Of a stretch of 64,000 bases of DNA, positions 24,800 through 51,918 are shown piece after piece. The DNA is from Neocallimastix sp. 'constans' (taxonomy: Eukaryota): positions 248,001-312,000 of the forward strand of contig JBODTK010000107.1 in NCBI GenBank assembly GCA_050613775.1, given 5' to 3'. Each line of letters begins with the position of its first letter. Positions within the stretch are counted from its first letter, which is position 1. The notes under the pieces are model-generated. The model was not told the DNA's origin, ran no database searches, and saw only the letters and a program-made list of their open reading frames with translations. A program made the translations under genes and the position numbers.

Positions 24800-27609
24800 A
24801 CTACTTATATATATGATTATCTATTATATCTATTATAATATAGTTACTATTTTTTTTTAGTCATTTAAAAGAAATATTAATTTATAAATTATTGTTTATT
24901 TATTCAATAATAATTAAAATAAACGTTTTGCTATAAAGATTTTAAATAAAACTTTTATTAATATTATTGAAATATATATAGTAATGAAACTAATTTATCA
25001 AATCATATATTTAAGAAATGGCAATAATATAATGAAAGAGTTATGAGGAAGAACAAAAAATAAGCTTACGAATTAAAAAGAATTAAATAATAATTTTATA
25101 TTCATAATATTTTATTTGTCATTTTAAAAAAGTTCATTTTTTTTAAAATTTATATAATATTTAATAATCTAAAAGATAATTTGTATTAATTTTATTTTAT
25201 TTTTTTTATATTTACATATAAAAATTTGGTTTTCTATATTTTTTGTTTTTTTATATCAATACTTTTTCCATAATTTTTTACTTTCCTATTTCCTATATTT
25301 TTACTTTTCTATCGTTCTTATTTCTATTTGTATTTATAAAGTTTTTTTTCCTTAATATTAAATAATTTATAATTTAACCCTACTTTTAGATCCTATTAAA
25401 ATAAATTTAATAGGATTTAAAATTACTATAATTTAGTAAAAAGCAAAAAAAATTTAAATAAAGTTTTATTATTTGGATATATAAAGTATTTAATATATTA
25501 CTATATTATTTGTAATATAAATATAAATATATTAAATTATTATGTTACTATATATACTATAATCAATAAAGAATTTTTTTTTTGTCAATTTGAAATTATA
25601 AATTATATAAAATAAAATTGTGATAGATTGAATTAATATATTAAAACATACAGAAATATTAATATTATATACGAACAATATATAAATAAATAATAATCTA
25701 TTTATTCTCAATATATAAATTTAAAAAAATATTATTTATAATGTAATATATATAATACTTTTTACTATAGAATTTATATAAATAATATATTTAATATAAA
25801 GAATCAATCAAAATAATATATATTATTAAATTTATAATGAATTAAGCCAATAAATATATATTATTAAATAGGTTAATAGTATATGAAAACTTTAATTTAT
25901 AATATTTTCATATGTAATAATTAAATTTAGTTTTATAATAATAATTGATAAATATTACATACATAAATACGTAATACAATACATAATAAAAAAAGATATA
26001 ATAAATAGTAATAATAAATAAATGATAATTATTTATTATTAAATTAACAAAAATAATTATATAGTAATTATAATAATAAATAATAAATAATAAATAATAA
26101 ATAATAAATAATATATAATCAATAATCAATAATCAATAATCAATAATCAATAATCAATAATCAATAATCAATAATCAATAATTAATAATAAATAATAAAT
26201 TATAAATAATAAATATTAAATACTAAATATTAAATAATCAATAATAATCAATAATAGATAATAATAGTTAATATATTTTATATCTATATAAATAAAATTT
26301 TAAAAATGTACAAATAATAAGTTAATATATATAATTAAAATTTCATTTTTTAAAAAATTTTTTTTTTCTTTATTTTAAAACAATAGTAATAATATAAAGA
26401 AAAATAATTAGTAATAAAATAAAACAAAAAAACATAATACAAAAAAAAAAAAAAAAAGACGAAGTAATTAACTTTTTTTTTTTTTTTTTTATTATTATTA
26501 TTATTATAATTATATAAAATAATTTGAAAATTAAAATATAGTATTAATAATAATAATAAAAAAATAAGAAATAATACGGTATAAAATATTAAATAAAAAA
26601 TAACAAAAGATTACTTCATATCTTTCATCTAAAAATAAATCTAAAAAATAATCATTCAAACTTATTTTTTATATATATATATTTTTTTTGAAAGAACTTA
26701 AATTATTTAAAACAATATTGTTATTTTTTTATTTTTTTTTTTTTTTTAATTATAATTAATTTTAAATTGAAATACACAAAATTAACGTTAAGAAATAATA
26801 ATCACAATTTTTTTATTTTTTTTAAAAAAAAAAAAAAAAAAAACGATTCATATTTAAAGCGTACTCTAAATTTTGTATATAAGATTATATTTTAATTTAG
26901 TACATTAAATTATTTAATAAAATAATAATAGCTTAATTCTTTTTATTAATAAAATATTAGTGAAAAATTCATATATAAAATAATCACTTTTTTTATATAT
27001 ATATTTTAATAAATGATAAATATTACATAATTATTCATAACATAAAATTAATGCAATACAGTGAATATAATAAATTATCTTTTCAAAAAATTAATATTAA
27101 ATTTAGTTAAAATATATTAATATTTCAAAGTATTTTAAAAATCATAAAGTTATTTTCAAAGAAAATATCAGAAAAAATTTATTTAAAATAAAGTAATAAT
27201 TATAATTTATATAATTTTTATATATATATTTTTTAAAAAAAAAGTAATAAGAAGTAAAACTCAAAATAAAAAACATTAATTTAATATTCATAATTATTTA
27301 CATTTTCTTGATAAATAAAAAAGATAAAAAAAAAGATAATTCTTTTTAAAGGTAAATTAATATTATTTATATAGAATAAAGAAATTTAAATTGTATATTA
27401 AACTCTTTATATATATATTATTAATATAAAAATATAAATTATATAAAACGAAACAAATTTTGGGAAACAGAGTAGAAGTGAAATAATGAAAATTATTAAA
27501 TACTAAATTCAAAAAAAAGTCTTTATTTAAATTACATATTTCAAATTTTTTTTTTTTTTCAAAGAATTTTTTACGCGTTATATATATTTTTTATTTTAAT
27601 TATAATAAT

Positions 27610-30054
27610 ATGAACTTTTCACATAAGCAACAGCATGAAGTGGTAAATAATTATTACCATCAAAAAAAACAACAGCAAAAATCATATAAGAAAAAACAGA
27701 ATAAAACTGGAAACTTAAATTCAAAAATTGATAATGAAATAATGAATTCAAAATATAATTCAAAACAAATTTATATTTTACAAAAATCAGAAAATCAGAA
27801 AGGAAAAGAAGGAAAATCAGTATCAAACATTGTTAATAATGAAAAAAATAATGAAAAAGTTAATAATAGCAACACAGAAAATGAGGATTTAATTAACAAA
27901 ATTAATACCGACAATAATAGTCAAAGCGATGATTCCAAAAAGAAACGCCAAGATAGACACTATCAGAATAATTCAAAAACTAGAAATAATTCATCTAATA
28001 ATCCTTTAGGAATAATAACTAATAATAATGTTTTAAACACATCATCTGCTCCTGTAACGCCAACTACAACTAATTCAAATAATAATTATAAAAAACAGGA
28101 TAACTCACGTCGTAATAAGAATAGTAATAACAACAATAATTCCAACAATGCTAATAATAGAAGATATTCTAAACGTGATACTTACAATAGTGAAGATAAT
28201 GGCATTTCAAAGTCCAATTCTAGAAAATCAGATGATATGACAAAATCTAACTCAAGAAATGGTTATAATAAATCTGATGAAATGTCAAGAACATCCTCAA
28301 AGAATGGTTATTCTAAGAAAGAAGATAAATCTAACCAAAGAAATAATAATTCTTCTAAATCAAATAATAAATCTGATAATCGTGGAAATAATCGTAATAA
28401 TTATCATCAAAGAAATGATTATAATAGTAAGAACAATCAAAGTTCAAACACAAAACGTGAGGATGGTCCAGGATTTGCAGAAAAAGAATATGGCTTAACT
28501 TATGAAAAATTAAAGGATAATTCATCTAATGATTTAGATATCTCTGTAACTAAGAAACATAGTTATAGTAATACTATCAATATGAACATAAGTGCTAATG
28601 CATCACCAAATCCACCGAATTTACAGAGACGTCGTTCAAGTGCACCAGAATTACCATACATTTTTGAACAATTGCAATCTACTGACACTGGAATTATTGG
28701 TAATACTAATTCAATCAATACTTCCATTTCAAATACACCATCTATTACTACAAATTCTGCTAATTTAAATTTCAATATAATTAATGCAGCAACTTCATCT
28801 AATACTACCACTCCAAACTTAGTTAACTATCCAATACAAATTAATAATATAAATGGATTAAATAGTATTAATTTATTGAATAGAATTAATTTAACATTAA
28901 ATGGATTAAATGGGTTAAATAGTTTTGCATCATCAACTGCCACACCATCTTCAACTACTAGTACTACCGGAAATAACAATAATATTTCATTAAACAATAC
29001 TTCAAACAGTAATTCTAACACAAATAATAATAACAATAATATTAACAACAATAATAATAATAGCAGTAACTCTAATAACAGTACTATCAATGGTCATGGA
29101 GGTAGATTTAATCATTTGTATGCTGGTCCAACATTTAATAATTCTCCAGCAGCAAGTAGTTTACCAATGCCAAACTTTATTAAAAATAATCATGAAATCA
29201 GTAATCATGACGCAGCATCATCTAGTAGATTATCAAGAAGTTTTGCTGAAGAATTAATGAAACTTCCTTCACAGTTATATAGTTCTGCCGAAATTAATTA
29301 TGATTTAAGTAAAAATTATGTAAATGATGATTTAGCATTAACTAGAAATTTTATGAGCAAAAAAGAAAATTATTTCTTAAATCAAAATAATAATAGTTTC
29401 ACAAATTTTAATAATGAAGACTTATTTATGAGACGTGATATTTCTGCAATTAATACAAGTAATGTTGTTAGTGGATTGAGTGGACTTCGTAGTTCCAATA
29501 TTTCTACAAATAATAATAGAAATAGTTTTCAAAGTGATTTATTAAGTAATGGAAATGGTAATGATCAAGAAGTTTTTTCAATGGATGATGAATATAATAG
29601 TTCTCCAACTAAAACTAAATTTAAGTCTCATGAAGATGAAAATCTTAAAAGAAAATCTATGGAACTTTTACAATATTTACAGCAGTCATCATCAACTACA
29701 TCAAATACTAATAATAATCCTAGTGATGAAAATCAAAATACACCAAATATATCTAATATTAATCCATCTTCGGCAGTTTCTTCTATTAAAATAAGAAATT
29801 ATAATAATTCTTCTACATCTTCAACATCTTCTTCTTACACTAATACTAATACCACATTAATTAATAGTAATGAAGATAATTCTATGTTTTCGACTACACC
29901 AAATTCATTTTATACAGCTGCTAATAAAAATGCCTCTTTGGCACCTGTAATTTCGGCTAATACTGATGTATTATCATCAAGTGAAAATTCTAATTCAACA
30001 TTATCACTTGAACAAATTAGTCAAAACCTTAAAAATATATTAAAAATTAATTAA
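27610..30054 (+). CDS. EDC1: Edc1/PNRC-family mRNA decapping activator, Asn/Ser-rich, intronless ORF of 814 aa
   Basis: HLYAGPTFNNSPAASSLPMPNF (~29113-29178) is the YAGxxF activation motif plus LPxP Dcp1-binding motif of Edc1/PNRC proteins. The C-terminal QNLKNILKI resembles the PNRC terminal leucine motif. Confidence 0.75.
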   Translation: MNFSHKQQHEVVNNYYHQKKQQQKSYKKKQNKTGNLNSKIDNEIMNSKYNSKQIYILQKSENQKGKEGKSVSNIVNNEKNNEKVNNSNTENEDLINKINTDNNSQSDDSKKKRQDRHYQNNSKTRNNSSNNPLGIITNNNVLNTSSAPVTPTTTNSNNNYKKQDNSRRNKNSNNNNNSNNANNRRYSKRDTYNSEDNGISKSNSRKSDDMTKSNSRNGYNKSDEMSRTSSKNGYSKKEDKSNQRNNNSSKSNNKSDNRGNNRNNYHQRNDYNSKNNQSSNTKREDGPGFAEKEYGLTYEKLKDNSSNDLDISVTKKHSYSNTINMNISANASPNPPNLQRRRSSAPELPYIFEQLQSTDTGIIGNTNSINTSISNTPSITTNSANLNFNIINAATSSNTTTPNLVNYPIQINNINGLNSINLLNRINLTLNGLNGLNSFASSTATPSSTTSTTGNNNNISLNNTSNSNSNTNNNNNNINNNNNNSSNSNNSTINGHGGRFNHLYAGPTFNNSPAASSLPMPNFIKNNHEISNHDAASSSRLSRSFAEELMKLPSQLYSSAEINYDLSKNYVNDDLALTRNFMSKKENYFLNQNNNSFTNFNNEDLFMRRDISAINTSNVVSGLSGLRSSNISTNNNRNSFQSDLLSNGNGNDQEVFSMDDEYNSSPTKTKFKSHEDENLKRKSMELLQYLQQSSSTTSNTNNNPSDENQNTPNISNINPSSAVSSIKIRNYNNSSTSSTSSSYTNTNTTLINSNEDNSMFSTTPNSFYTAANKNASLAPVISANTDVLSSSENSNSTLSLEQISQNLKNILKIN

Positions 30055-30279
30055 TTTTTTTTAATATTATGTGTTTTATTTATTATTAATTTTTTTTTTT
30101 TTTTAGATTGTCAGTTTTGTATAATTTATTATTAATATTCAAAAATTAAACAAAATGCAACTATTGAAAAAGGAAAGTAATTAATACTCAGAAGAAATGC
30201 ACATAAAAAAAATTAATAAAAAAAAAAAAAAAAACCACCAAAACCAAAATCAATTCAAAAAAATAAAAAAAAAAAAACA

Positions 30280-30630
30280 TTACCATTAAAATAGTATATG
30301 AAAAAATATTTTAATCAAAATACCATATAATCCATCATTTACCATAAAAACAATATTTAAAGCAAATATTTAAATAAAAATAACATCATTTCCATTAAAA
30401 CAATATTAAATTGAATATTTTAATAAAAATACAATTGTAACCATTAAAATAATATATAAACCAAAAATTTTAATAAAAATACCATTATTACCATTAAAAT
30501 TAAATTGAATATTTTAATTAAAATACAATCATAACCATTAAAACCATTTAAATAATATATAAACAAAATATTTTAATAAAAATACCATTATTACCATTAA
30601 AACAATATATAAATTAAATATTTCAATAAA
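30280..30630. repeat. Imperfect ~50-bp minisatellite
   Basis: CCATTAAAA...AATATTTTAATAAAAATAC-like units recur roughly every 45-60 bp. Confidence 0.7.
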
Positions 30631-31367
30631 CCTACACATATTATCTCATATACATTCAAAAAAAAAAAAATTTAGTAAAATTAAATTGTTATATAAAATA
30701 AGAAATATTAATTTATATGTAAATATTAAATTTTTTTATATATAAATTTTTTTTTTAGAGAAAATGTTTATTACATTTTAAATATAACAATTAACAATAA
30801 CAAAAAAAAAATATATATATATAAATATATATATATATAATAATGATATAAAACAATTTCTATCATTATTAAAAAACCTTCGCAATCAGAAAAAATAATA
30901 AAATAAAAATATAATTTATATATATAATTTTTAAAAAAAGTATTTTTTTTTTTTTATAAAAGTAAAAATACTATATATATATAATATTCTTTTTTTTTTT
31001 TTTTTTATTATTTTTTATTACATAGTAAAAAATAATAAAATAATAATAAAATAATTATAGAAAAAAAAAAAAAAAAAAAAAAAAAGAATAAGAAAAAATT
31101 TAATATATAATTAATTTTATATATTAGTAAATTATTACAGCTTAAAGAATATATTATAATATATATTAATACAAATCTACCATAATTATATATTAAATAA
31201 AATATATTCCATATTAAATAAATTTATAAAATTTCACCATAATATCCGTATTCTTAAAGAGAAAGTAATAAAAAGAACAAATACTTAATTGATAATCAAA
31301 AATAATATAAATAAATAAATGAACAAAATTATTTATTTATTATTATAATTGATTAAATATCATGTTG

Positions 31368-31398
<31 letters not shown>

Positions 31399-31861
31399 TA
31401 GAAAACAAGATAGTGTAATTCTATCAGATTAATGGGAAAAAAAAGAGTTTATGAAATTTAAAATTTACTGAATAGAATTATAAATATATAATATTTTTAT
31501 AATATTTATATATATCTAAAAAATGAAAAACGAGATAATAAATTTGATAATAAATAATAATAATAATAATAAAAGAAAAAAAAAAAAAAATAAAATAAAA
31601 TAGAAGAGGAAAAAATAAAATAATCATAATAATAATAAAAAAAAAAAAAGAAACATAAAAAACAAAAATAAAAAAAAATATATATATATATATAATATGA
31701 AAACAAAGAAGAAAACTAGAAAAGTAAAATGGAATAAAAAGAATAAAAATATTAATATAAAATAAAAGTAAATAAGAAGGAAAAAAGAAAAAAAATGACA
31801 ATGAAATAAATAAAAAATTAAATTAAGGAAATAATATTTTTTATTCAAAATATATATATAT

Positions 31862-31946
<85 letters not shown>

Positions 31947-31970
31947 CTTTTTTTTTTTTTCTTTTTTCTT

Positions 31971-32002
<32 letters not shown>

Positions 32003-32124
32003 CTATTTATTTATAATTAATATTTTGTCAAATTATTATTTAATAATTTTAAATTTTAATTTTTTTTCCCATTTTTATTTTTTCTATTTTTTATTTTCTA
32101 TTTAATTATTTATTTATTTTTTTA

Positions 32125-32156
<32 letters not shown>

Positions 32157-32843
32157 TATATAATTTTTTTTTATTTATTTGGAATATTGGAATCTTTTTA
32201 TTATAATTTATGTTAAGATAATTTGAGAAAACAAAAAAATAATTATATATATTATTATATATAAATACATTTTCTATATTAATTATAATAAAAAAATATA
32301 AAAAAATTTTAAATAAATAAAATTAAAAGAAATATAAAACATTAATTATGTATATAATAGAAAATGAATTGTAAAAAAAAAAAAAAAAAAAAAAAAAATT
32401 AAAAACATAAAAAAACTAAATTAGAGTAATTGAAATTTTCTCTGTAAATATTCTTCCAAATAATGAACTTTTTTTTTTTTATTTTTTTAAAAAATATTGT
32501 AATATATATATAATTTTTAATTATATTTTAATTATTTTTATAATAATATATATATATATTACATTTTTTTATACTAAATATATATTAAAAAAAAATAATT
32601 GAAAGTAAATATAAATTATTTAAATAAAATTAAATAATACGCTGATCATATTTTTGTAATATTTTTAATAATTTTGTGCCTTGTTGTTTAAAGCAATTGA
32701 TATAGAATTATTATCTTTTTTTTATTAAATATATATATATATTTAATAAAGTATTTCATAATCAATAATCCAAAAAAAAGTAAATAAGTAAATAATTAAA
32801 ATAAAATAAAAAAAAAAAAAAAGTTAAGGAAAAATTGAACATC

Positions 32844-33206
<363 letters not shown>

Positions 33207-33368
33207 GAAAAAAAGAATTAATAATAAAATAAATTAAATAAAACTTATTAACATATTTATAAATAAGATATACAACTTATGGGATAATAAAACTAAAACA
33301 AAAATAAAAAAGCTAGAGCTTGAAGAATTCAAGTATATTAAAAGAATATGGTAAAATAAATTAAAAAA

Positions 33369-33471
<103 letters not shown>

Positions 33472-33488
33472 GTAAATAAATAAGTAAG

Positions 33489-33528
<40 letters not shown>

Positions 33529-33651
33529 ATAAAATATAATATAATTTAGAAATAAAGATATTTAAATATATATAAATATATATAATAAAAAATATTAAAC
33601 TAAAATGATAAAACTTTAAATAAAAATTTCAAATCGAAATAAAATAATAAT

Positions 33652-33807
<156 letters not shown>

Positions 33808-34117
33808 GAAACTAGAAATATAATGTTAAAAAAGCATATATAAAACAAATATGAAAATTTTTTGTATCATTATATTTATAAATGATTTATAATGAAAATG
33901 TATGTTATGATTAATTTTGTTTATTTTTATTTTAAAATTATACTTATTAAATATTTGATATTCTTGTAATTAGAAAAAAAAAAAAAAAAAAAAGGAAAAA
34001 TAAATAAACAAATAGCAGAAAGTAACTACAACACAACAAATTTACTGAAAAAAAAAGATATGTTTTAGTTTTTAACAAAAAATAATAGATATATATATAT
34101 TTATATATATTTATAAT

Positions 34118-39623
<5,506 letters not shown>

Positions 39624-40638
39624 ATTATGCTACGATTGTATTTTTTTTTTAATCATTCTAAGTTAAAAAAAAAACTATATATTATTTTATATTTAGTTTA
39701 ACTTTATTTATTATATATTGCTTTTTCTTTTTTCTTTTTTCTTTTTTTTTTATTTAATGCTTCTTCATCAAAATAAATTTATTATTAAAAAAAATATCAA
39801 TTTTCATATCTTAATGATTTTTGATTCAGAATTTATTATATTTTTTTACATTTAGAATTAAAAAAATAAACTTTTTAAAAAATATATTATATTACTACTA
39901 TTATTTCATATTTGTAAAGAATAAAGTTTAATATGGTAATAATTAAATTATGGTTATTGATATATTGTATTATGTTTTTAATAAATAAATCAATAAATAA
40001 AAAAAACTAAATCATATAATAATTAAAAATAACTTTTATAAATAAATAAAATTTAAATTATAAAAATAAAACTTAAAAAGAATAAGAGTCTCAATGATTA
40101 AGTTGCTTAATAGAATAGTAAATATCATTTAAAATAATATTATATTTAAACAAAAGACCTGTTAATAATAATTAATTATAGAATATTATTAAAAGATATG
40201 AATTATATATATGAAAGATTTTTTAAAAGCAATAACAAAAATCAGAAATATTAAAGAAAAAAAAAGAGGAAGTATTATTTAAATAATTTTTGATTTTTGA
40301 TTCAGAAATTTAATTGTTAAAAGAATAAACATTTTAATATTTAAATATAATTTTTGTTTTAGATTGATTTTTATAAAGGAAAAATTTATTAGTGAAGTTT
40401 CATATATTAATTATTAAAAATTTATTTTTTTTTTTTTTTTTTGAATTATTTTTTTTTCTTTATTAGTAAATTGAAAAATACATTTTAATTATATATTTTA
40501 TTTAATTATATTATAATAATATTTTCTTATTGCCATTAGTTATGTGAGTAATTTAATTTTCTTTTTATTTTTTTTTTGATATTAATTTTTTTATATATTT
40601 ATTCAAAAATTTGTAAAAAGCCCTAAATATTTTAATTT

Positions 40639-47127
<6,489 letters not shown>

Positions 47128-47199
47128 AATTACTTTTCAGTAGTTTATAATAATAATAAAAAAAAAAAAAGCAAAATTTTTGTTCAATAATTTTTTTAA

Positions 47200-47231
<32 letters not shown>

Positions 47232-47773
47232 ATTTATATTATTATTATTTTATATTTCAATTCTTTTATAATAATAGTAAGTAAAATGAAATTTCAAATA
47301 TTTTACAATATAATATAATGATGATAAAAATTATGATTATAATTATAAAATTATACTTTCAAATATAAATTTTTTTTTATTATCAAAATAATAGTAAAAA
47401 AATTTTCGAAAAATTTTAATTAATGCTTCATTAAAATTTCAAATAAAAAAAAAAAATCGAAGTAATGTGAAATATTAATATTTTTATGATTTTTACATAA
47501 ATTATAATATTGAATAATATATCTATATGTTTACTATAAAAATTTAAATTTTAATACATTGATTTAAATTTTTTTTAACCTTATTAAATATAAAAATTAA
47601 AATTTAAGTAATATTATAAAATTAATTTTTTTTTATTATAATATAGGAAAATTTTTTTATTTTATTTTTTATTATTATTTTAAAATTTTTACAAATATTT
47701 AATATAATTTCATTTAATAAATAAATATTAATACTTTTAATACTTTATATATTATCAAATCATTTAAGTTTTC

Positions 47774-47829
<56 letters not shown>

Positions 47830-47911
47830 ACAATTATGATAATAAAAATAATAATTAAATGCTTATATTATTTTAAATAAATTAATTCTAAATTTCTATT
47901 TATTAAACTGA

Positions 47912-49830
47912 TTACATTCTTCTTTTGATTCTTGGAAGCTTTAATGGTGCCTTCAAAATAGCATATTTATGAATTGCATTATCAGTTAAACCTAATTCTG
48001 CTTTTTGTGCCTTAGTTAATGTTTCCATTGAACAACCAACAGAAGAACATATTGTAGTTAATTTTACAACAGAAATCTTAATATCTTTACTTAATAAAGT
48101 AACATTAATCCTGTAATTATTAACCATTAATAATAAAATAATTGCATATGATAATATTCTATCCTGTTCCTTATCTGGAATCTTATAACTTTAATGATAA
48201 TATATGCATTTTATTAATAACATTTTTAAATTTATTTGTTATTTATTATATTAAGATTTTATAAAAAAAAAAAAAAAAATCATCAGTCAATATCAAATAT
48301 TTAAAGTTGTATATATATGATACTGATTAAATTACTATATCTTAATAATAAAAGTACTTACGTAGTTTTTCCATTGCTCGTTGTTCCTTGATTGTCACAA
48401 TATCTATTTAAAAGACCATCAACAATAGCAATTGAAGAACCAACGAAAGTTTTTTTCATAAATGAACTTTTATTTAATTGATGTTCACGACAAGTTCTTA
48501 AACGAAGTAAATAAGCTACATATATTAATTTACGTAATTGTATAATATCTTTTTTTTCTTGCTTTAAGCAAGAATCAATTAAAGTGTATAGTAAAGAATC
48601 TGTTTTAACTCTAATTTTTAACAAATATATACAGTATTATAATAAAATAATTATAAATATAGTATGATTTAAATAATTTAGTAAATTATAATAATTTTGA
48701 AAATTATATTAATAAGAAATTTCATCTTACCGTAATGGTGATAAATAATTTTCAATATCTTTTTGTGATTTAAATTTAATTAATTCATCGACATTAATAG
48801 TTTTTAATTCAAATGAGGGAACAATATCTTCTACATTATAAATTTCTTCAATATTTAATGTCTCAGCATTAAATGGAGGTATAAGACGATCTTCTTCTTG
48901 TGCCTTTTCAAGTTCATCTAATAACATTTATAATTGTGGTTTTTAATATGAAATTTTATTATTTTTTATTTTATGAATATATTTAAAATATTACCTTTTG
49001 AAGGAATAATAGAAGATTTTTCTTCAATAGTACTATGAATATGTGATACAACATCTGATAATGACTCAACATTAACTCTGTTTCTTTCAATGTTTCTAAT
49101 TTTTTGTTTAATTTTCTTAGTACCAAATGTTTGACCAAGTTCGTTTCTCGCAGCCAAACTCTGTTTAATTATATATATATTCATTATTAAATGATTCAAG
49201 ATATTAACATAATTAAAAAGTAAAATTAATAATAACCTTTTCTAATTTGAATTTTGGTAATTTTAATGTTTCAACTGATTTAACTCTTCTTGTAACATTG
49301 TAAAATGGTGCACTACGTAAAATTACCGTATTATCATCTTTATTAAAAACACCAACTACATATCTTTTTATTATAAAAAATTTAATGTTTATTTCAATAT
49401 AAAAATTATGTTAAGTATATCTATAAATTTTCATGTGTGATATTTATTTAAAATAATAATTACTTGCAAATTTCATTATTGGAATTAAGATTTTCTCCTT
49501 CAAATCTTATAGTTGAATTTTCACCAACTAACAACTTTCTATGTTTATTAGCTTTTTCGGAAGTTGAATAAACACAAAATTCAGTATCTTCTGTTGGTTT
49601 AACACCATGAAATGATGCTTTAATGAATTAATGATTAATTATTCGATAAAGATTAGAAATCATTTTTAAAAAAATGAAATTTAAGAATTAAAACAAATTT
49701 ATAAACTTAACGGTATTGAAAACTATTTAACATTAAAAAACTATAAAGCATAAAAATAATTATTACCAACATAAGGAGCATTTAATTGATTTTTATCCAA
49801 AACTAAAGAAATCTTTCTTTTATTTGACAT
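47912..49830 (-). CDS. RPA49: RNA polymerase I subunit A49 (RPA49/PAF53)
   Basis: Multi-exon, ATG at 49830. ARNELGQTFGTKK, LIPPFNAETLNIEEIYNVEDIVP and C-terminal YAILKAPLKLP are characteristic of A49. Confidence 0.85.
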
Positions 49831-51918
49831 TTTTATGAAATAATACTATTAGCTTTTAAAAAAATCAAAAATGTGTTTTTTTTTTAAAAAAAATATAATA
49901 AAGAAAAATTATAAATTTAAAATCCAATCACATTGAAGTAAATCAACTATTTTTTTCAATATATAAATTAAAATATTTATAAAAATAATAATAATAATAA
50001 TTTTAAAAACTATTTTAATTTTTAAATTTATATAATAATATAATAACATAATATCCAATAATTTCAGCTTATAGTACATTAATGTAATGTATACATATAT
50101 AAATATTAATCTTTAGTGATTTATTTTATTATAATCTTTTTAAAATATAAAAATAATTTGTTAATGTTGAAGATTATTATAAATATTATATTTTTTATAT
50201 TTTTGAATTAATCCACAAACTTTAATTTTATTTTATACACTTTATGACTTTAAAATTACAAAAGGTCTTGGAAAAAGTAAAATATTATACAATTGCAGGT
50301 GTATATATACTTTGGTAGTACAACTTTTTAAAATAATATAATTATAGTTAAGGTTATTATTTTAGTTAATTTACTTAATATTAGTATCGCTTCATTTTCT
50401 TAATTATAATAATAAAGAATATTTGAAATAAATGACAATTAATGGTATATAATCATTAATATATTTTCGTATGAAAATATAATTATTGATATAAAATATT
50501 TCACTTGATATAAATATGTTTAGGAAAATGGCTTATATTAATTATTAATATTATTTTAATTATTAACATATTTATTATAATGATTAATTATTTTATTTAT
50601 TATAAAATTAATATTATATAAAATTTTTTTTATTATTTATTTATTTATTTATTTATTTAATTATTATTATTATTTATTTATTATTAAATGATTTTAAATT
50701 AATTACTTTATTCATTTAATATTTTTATGTTACACCATTTTAATATAATAAAAATTTTCTACATTAATTTTTTTTTTTCAAATTTGTATTATGGAATAAA
50801 AAAAATTTTTAATATTTTAATTAAAAAAATTTTAATAAAAAATGAAATATACGTTTTATATAATTCATTTACTTATTTAATTAGTTATTTATTATTAAAA
50901 TTGGAAAATTTTTATGTCAGCCCTTAAAAAAGAAAATAAAAATATATAATTTCTTTTTTTAATTTTATTGAAATGAGTTACTGCAAAGAGTGCAAAGAGT
51001 TTATTTTATTAGATTTCGATGTTAAGTATAAAATTTTCTTTAACTATTATTATTTTATGTATATTTTAATAATTTTCTGAATTTTAATTACTAAAAAAAT
51101 TTAAAAATGATAATTTCTCTTCAGACACTAACTCATTTAAATATATATATATTATGGAATTAATGATATATATTATTTTAAGGAGTTATAACAATTATTA
51201 ATTTATACAGTAAATAACTTTTTTTTATTCTAATTTATTATAGAATTTATTTAACTTTAATTAAAAAAATTTCTGAAAATATTAATAACTTTATATAAAT
51301 TAATTTTTTTTTTTTTTTATTTTTTATTTTTTTTTAATTTATCTAACTTAATTAAAAAAGTTATAATAAAAATGAAAATGTAATATTTTTTGTATTGTTT
51401 TTTAAATCATTTTATATAAAATATTAATAATAAAAACTAATAAATTATATAATTACAAATTAAAGACCTATATTTTTTTTTTATTATTTTATATTCATTA
51501 TTTAATTATTTATTAAATTTAATTATTAACACTTTAATAATTATTAATTAAAATATCATAATTCCATTTTATATATAATGGAATTAATTTATGCTTAATT
51601 AGAAATTAAACTTTAGACTGTAAAATAAAAAAATTTTTTATTAAATTTATTATTTATTTAGTTAATTGAATTACATATATTTTTCTTTCTTTTTTTTTTT
51701 TTTTTTTTTATATATTTTAATATTTTTTTTTTTCAATTAATATCTTTTCATTTTTTTTTTAAAAAAAAAAAAATTGAAAAAAAGATAAAAGCTATTACAC
51801 AAATTTTAATAACTATAATATGTTTTTAAAAAAAATAATATTTTAATATATATTTTCAATAATACTACTTTTAAAAATATAATATTAATTTTCTTTCCTT
51901 TATATATATGTTATAAGA

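Noticed and set aside
25390..25417. Hairpin ATCCTATTAAA/TTTAATAGGAT as a Helitron end or terminator
   Set aside because: No CTRR terminus at the expected distance and no other element features.
30280..30630. CRISPR-like periodic repeats
   Set aside because: The units are degenerate with no unique spacers and no cas genes; this is a eukaryotic minisatellite.
31478..32170. A-rich block followed by T-rich block (apparent foldback) and hydrophobic ORFs
   Set aside because: Low-complexity homopolymer runs with no specific complementarity or coding signal.
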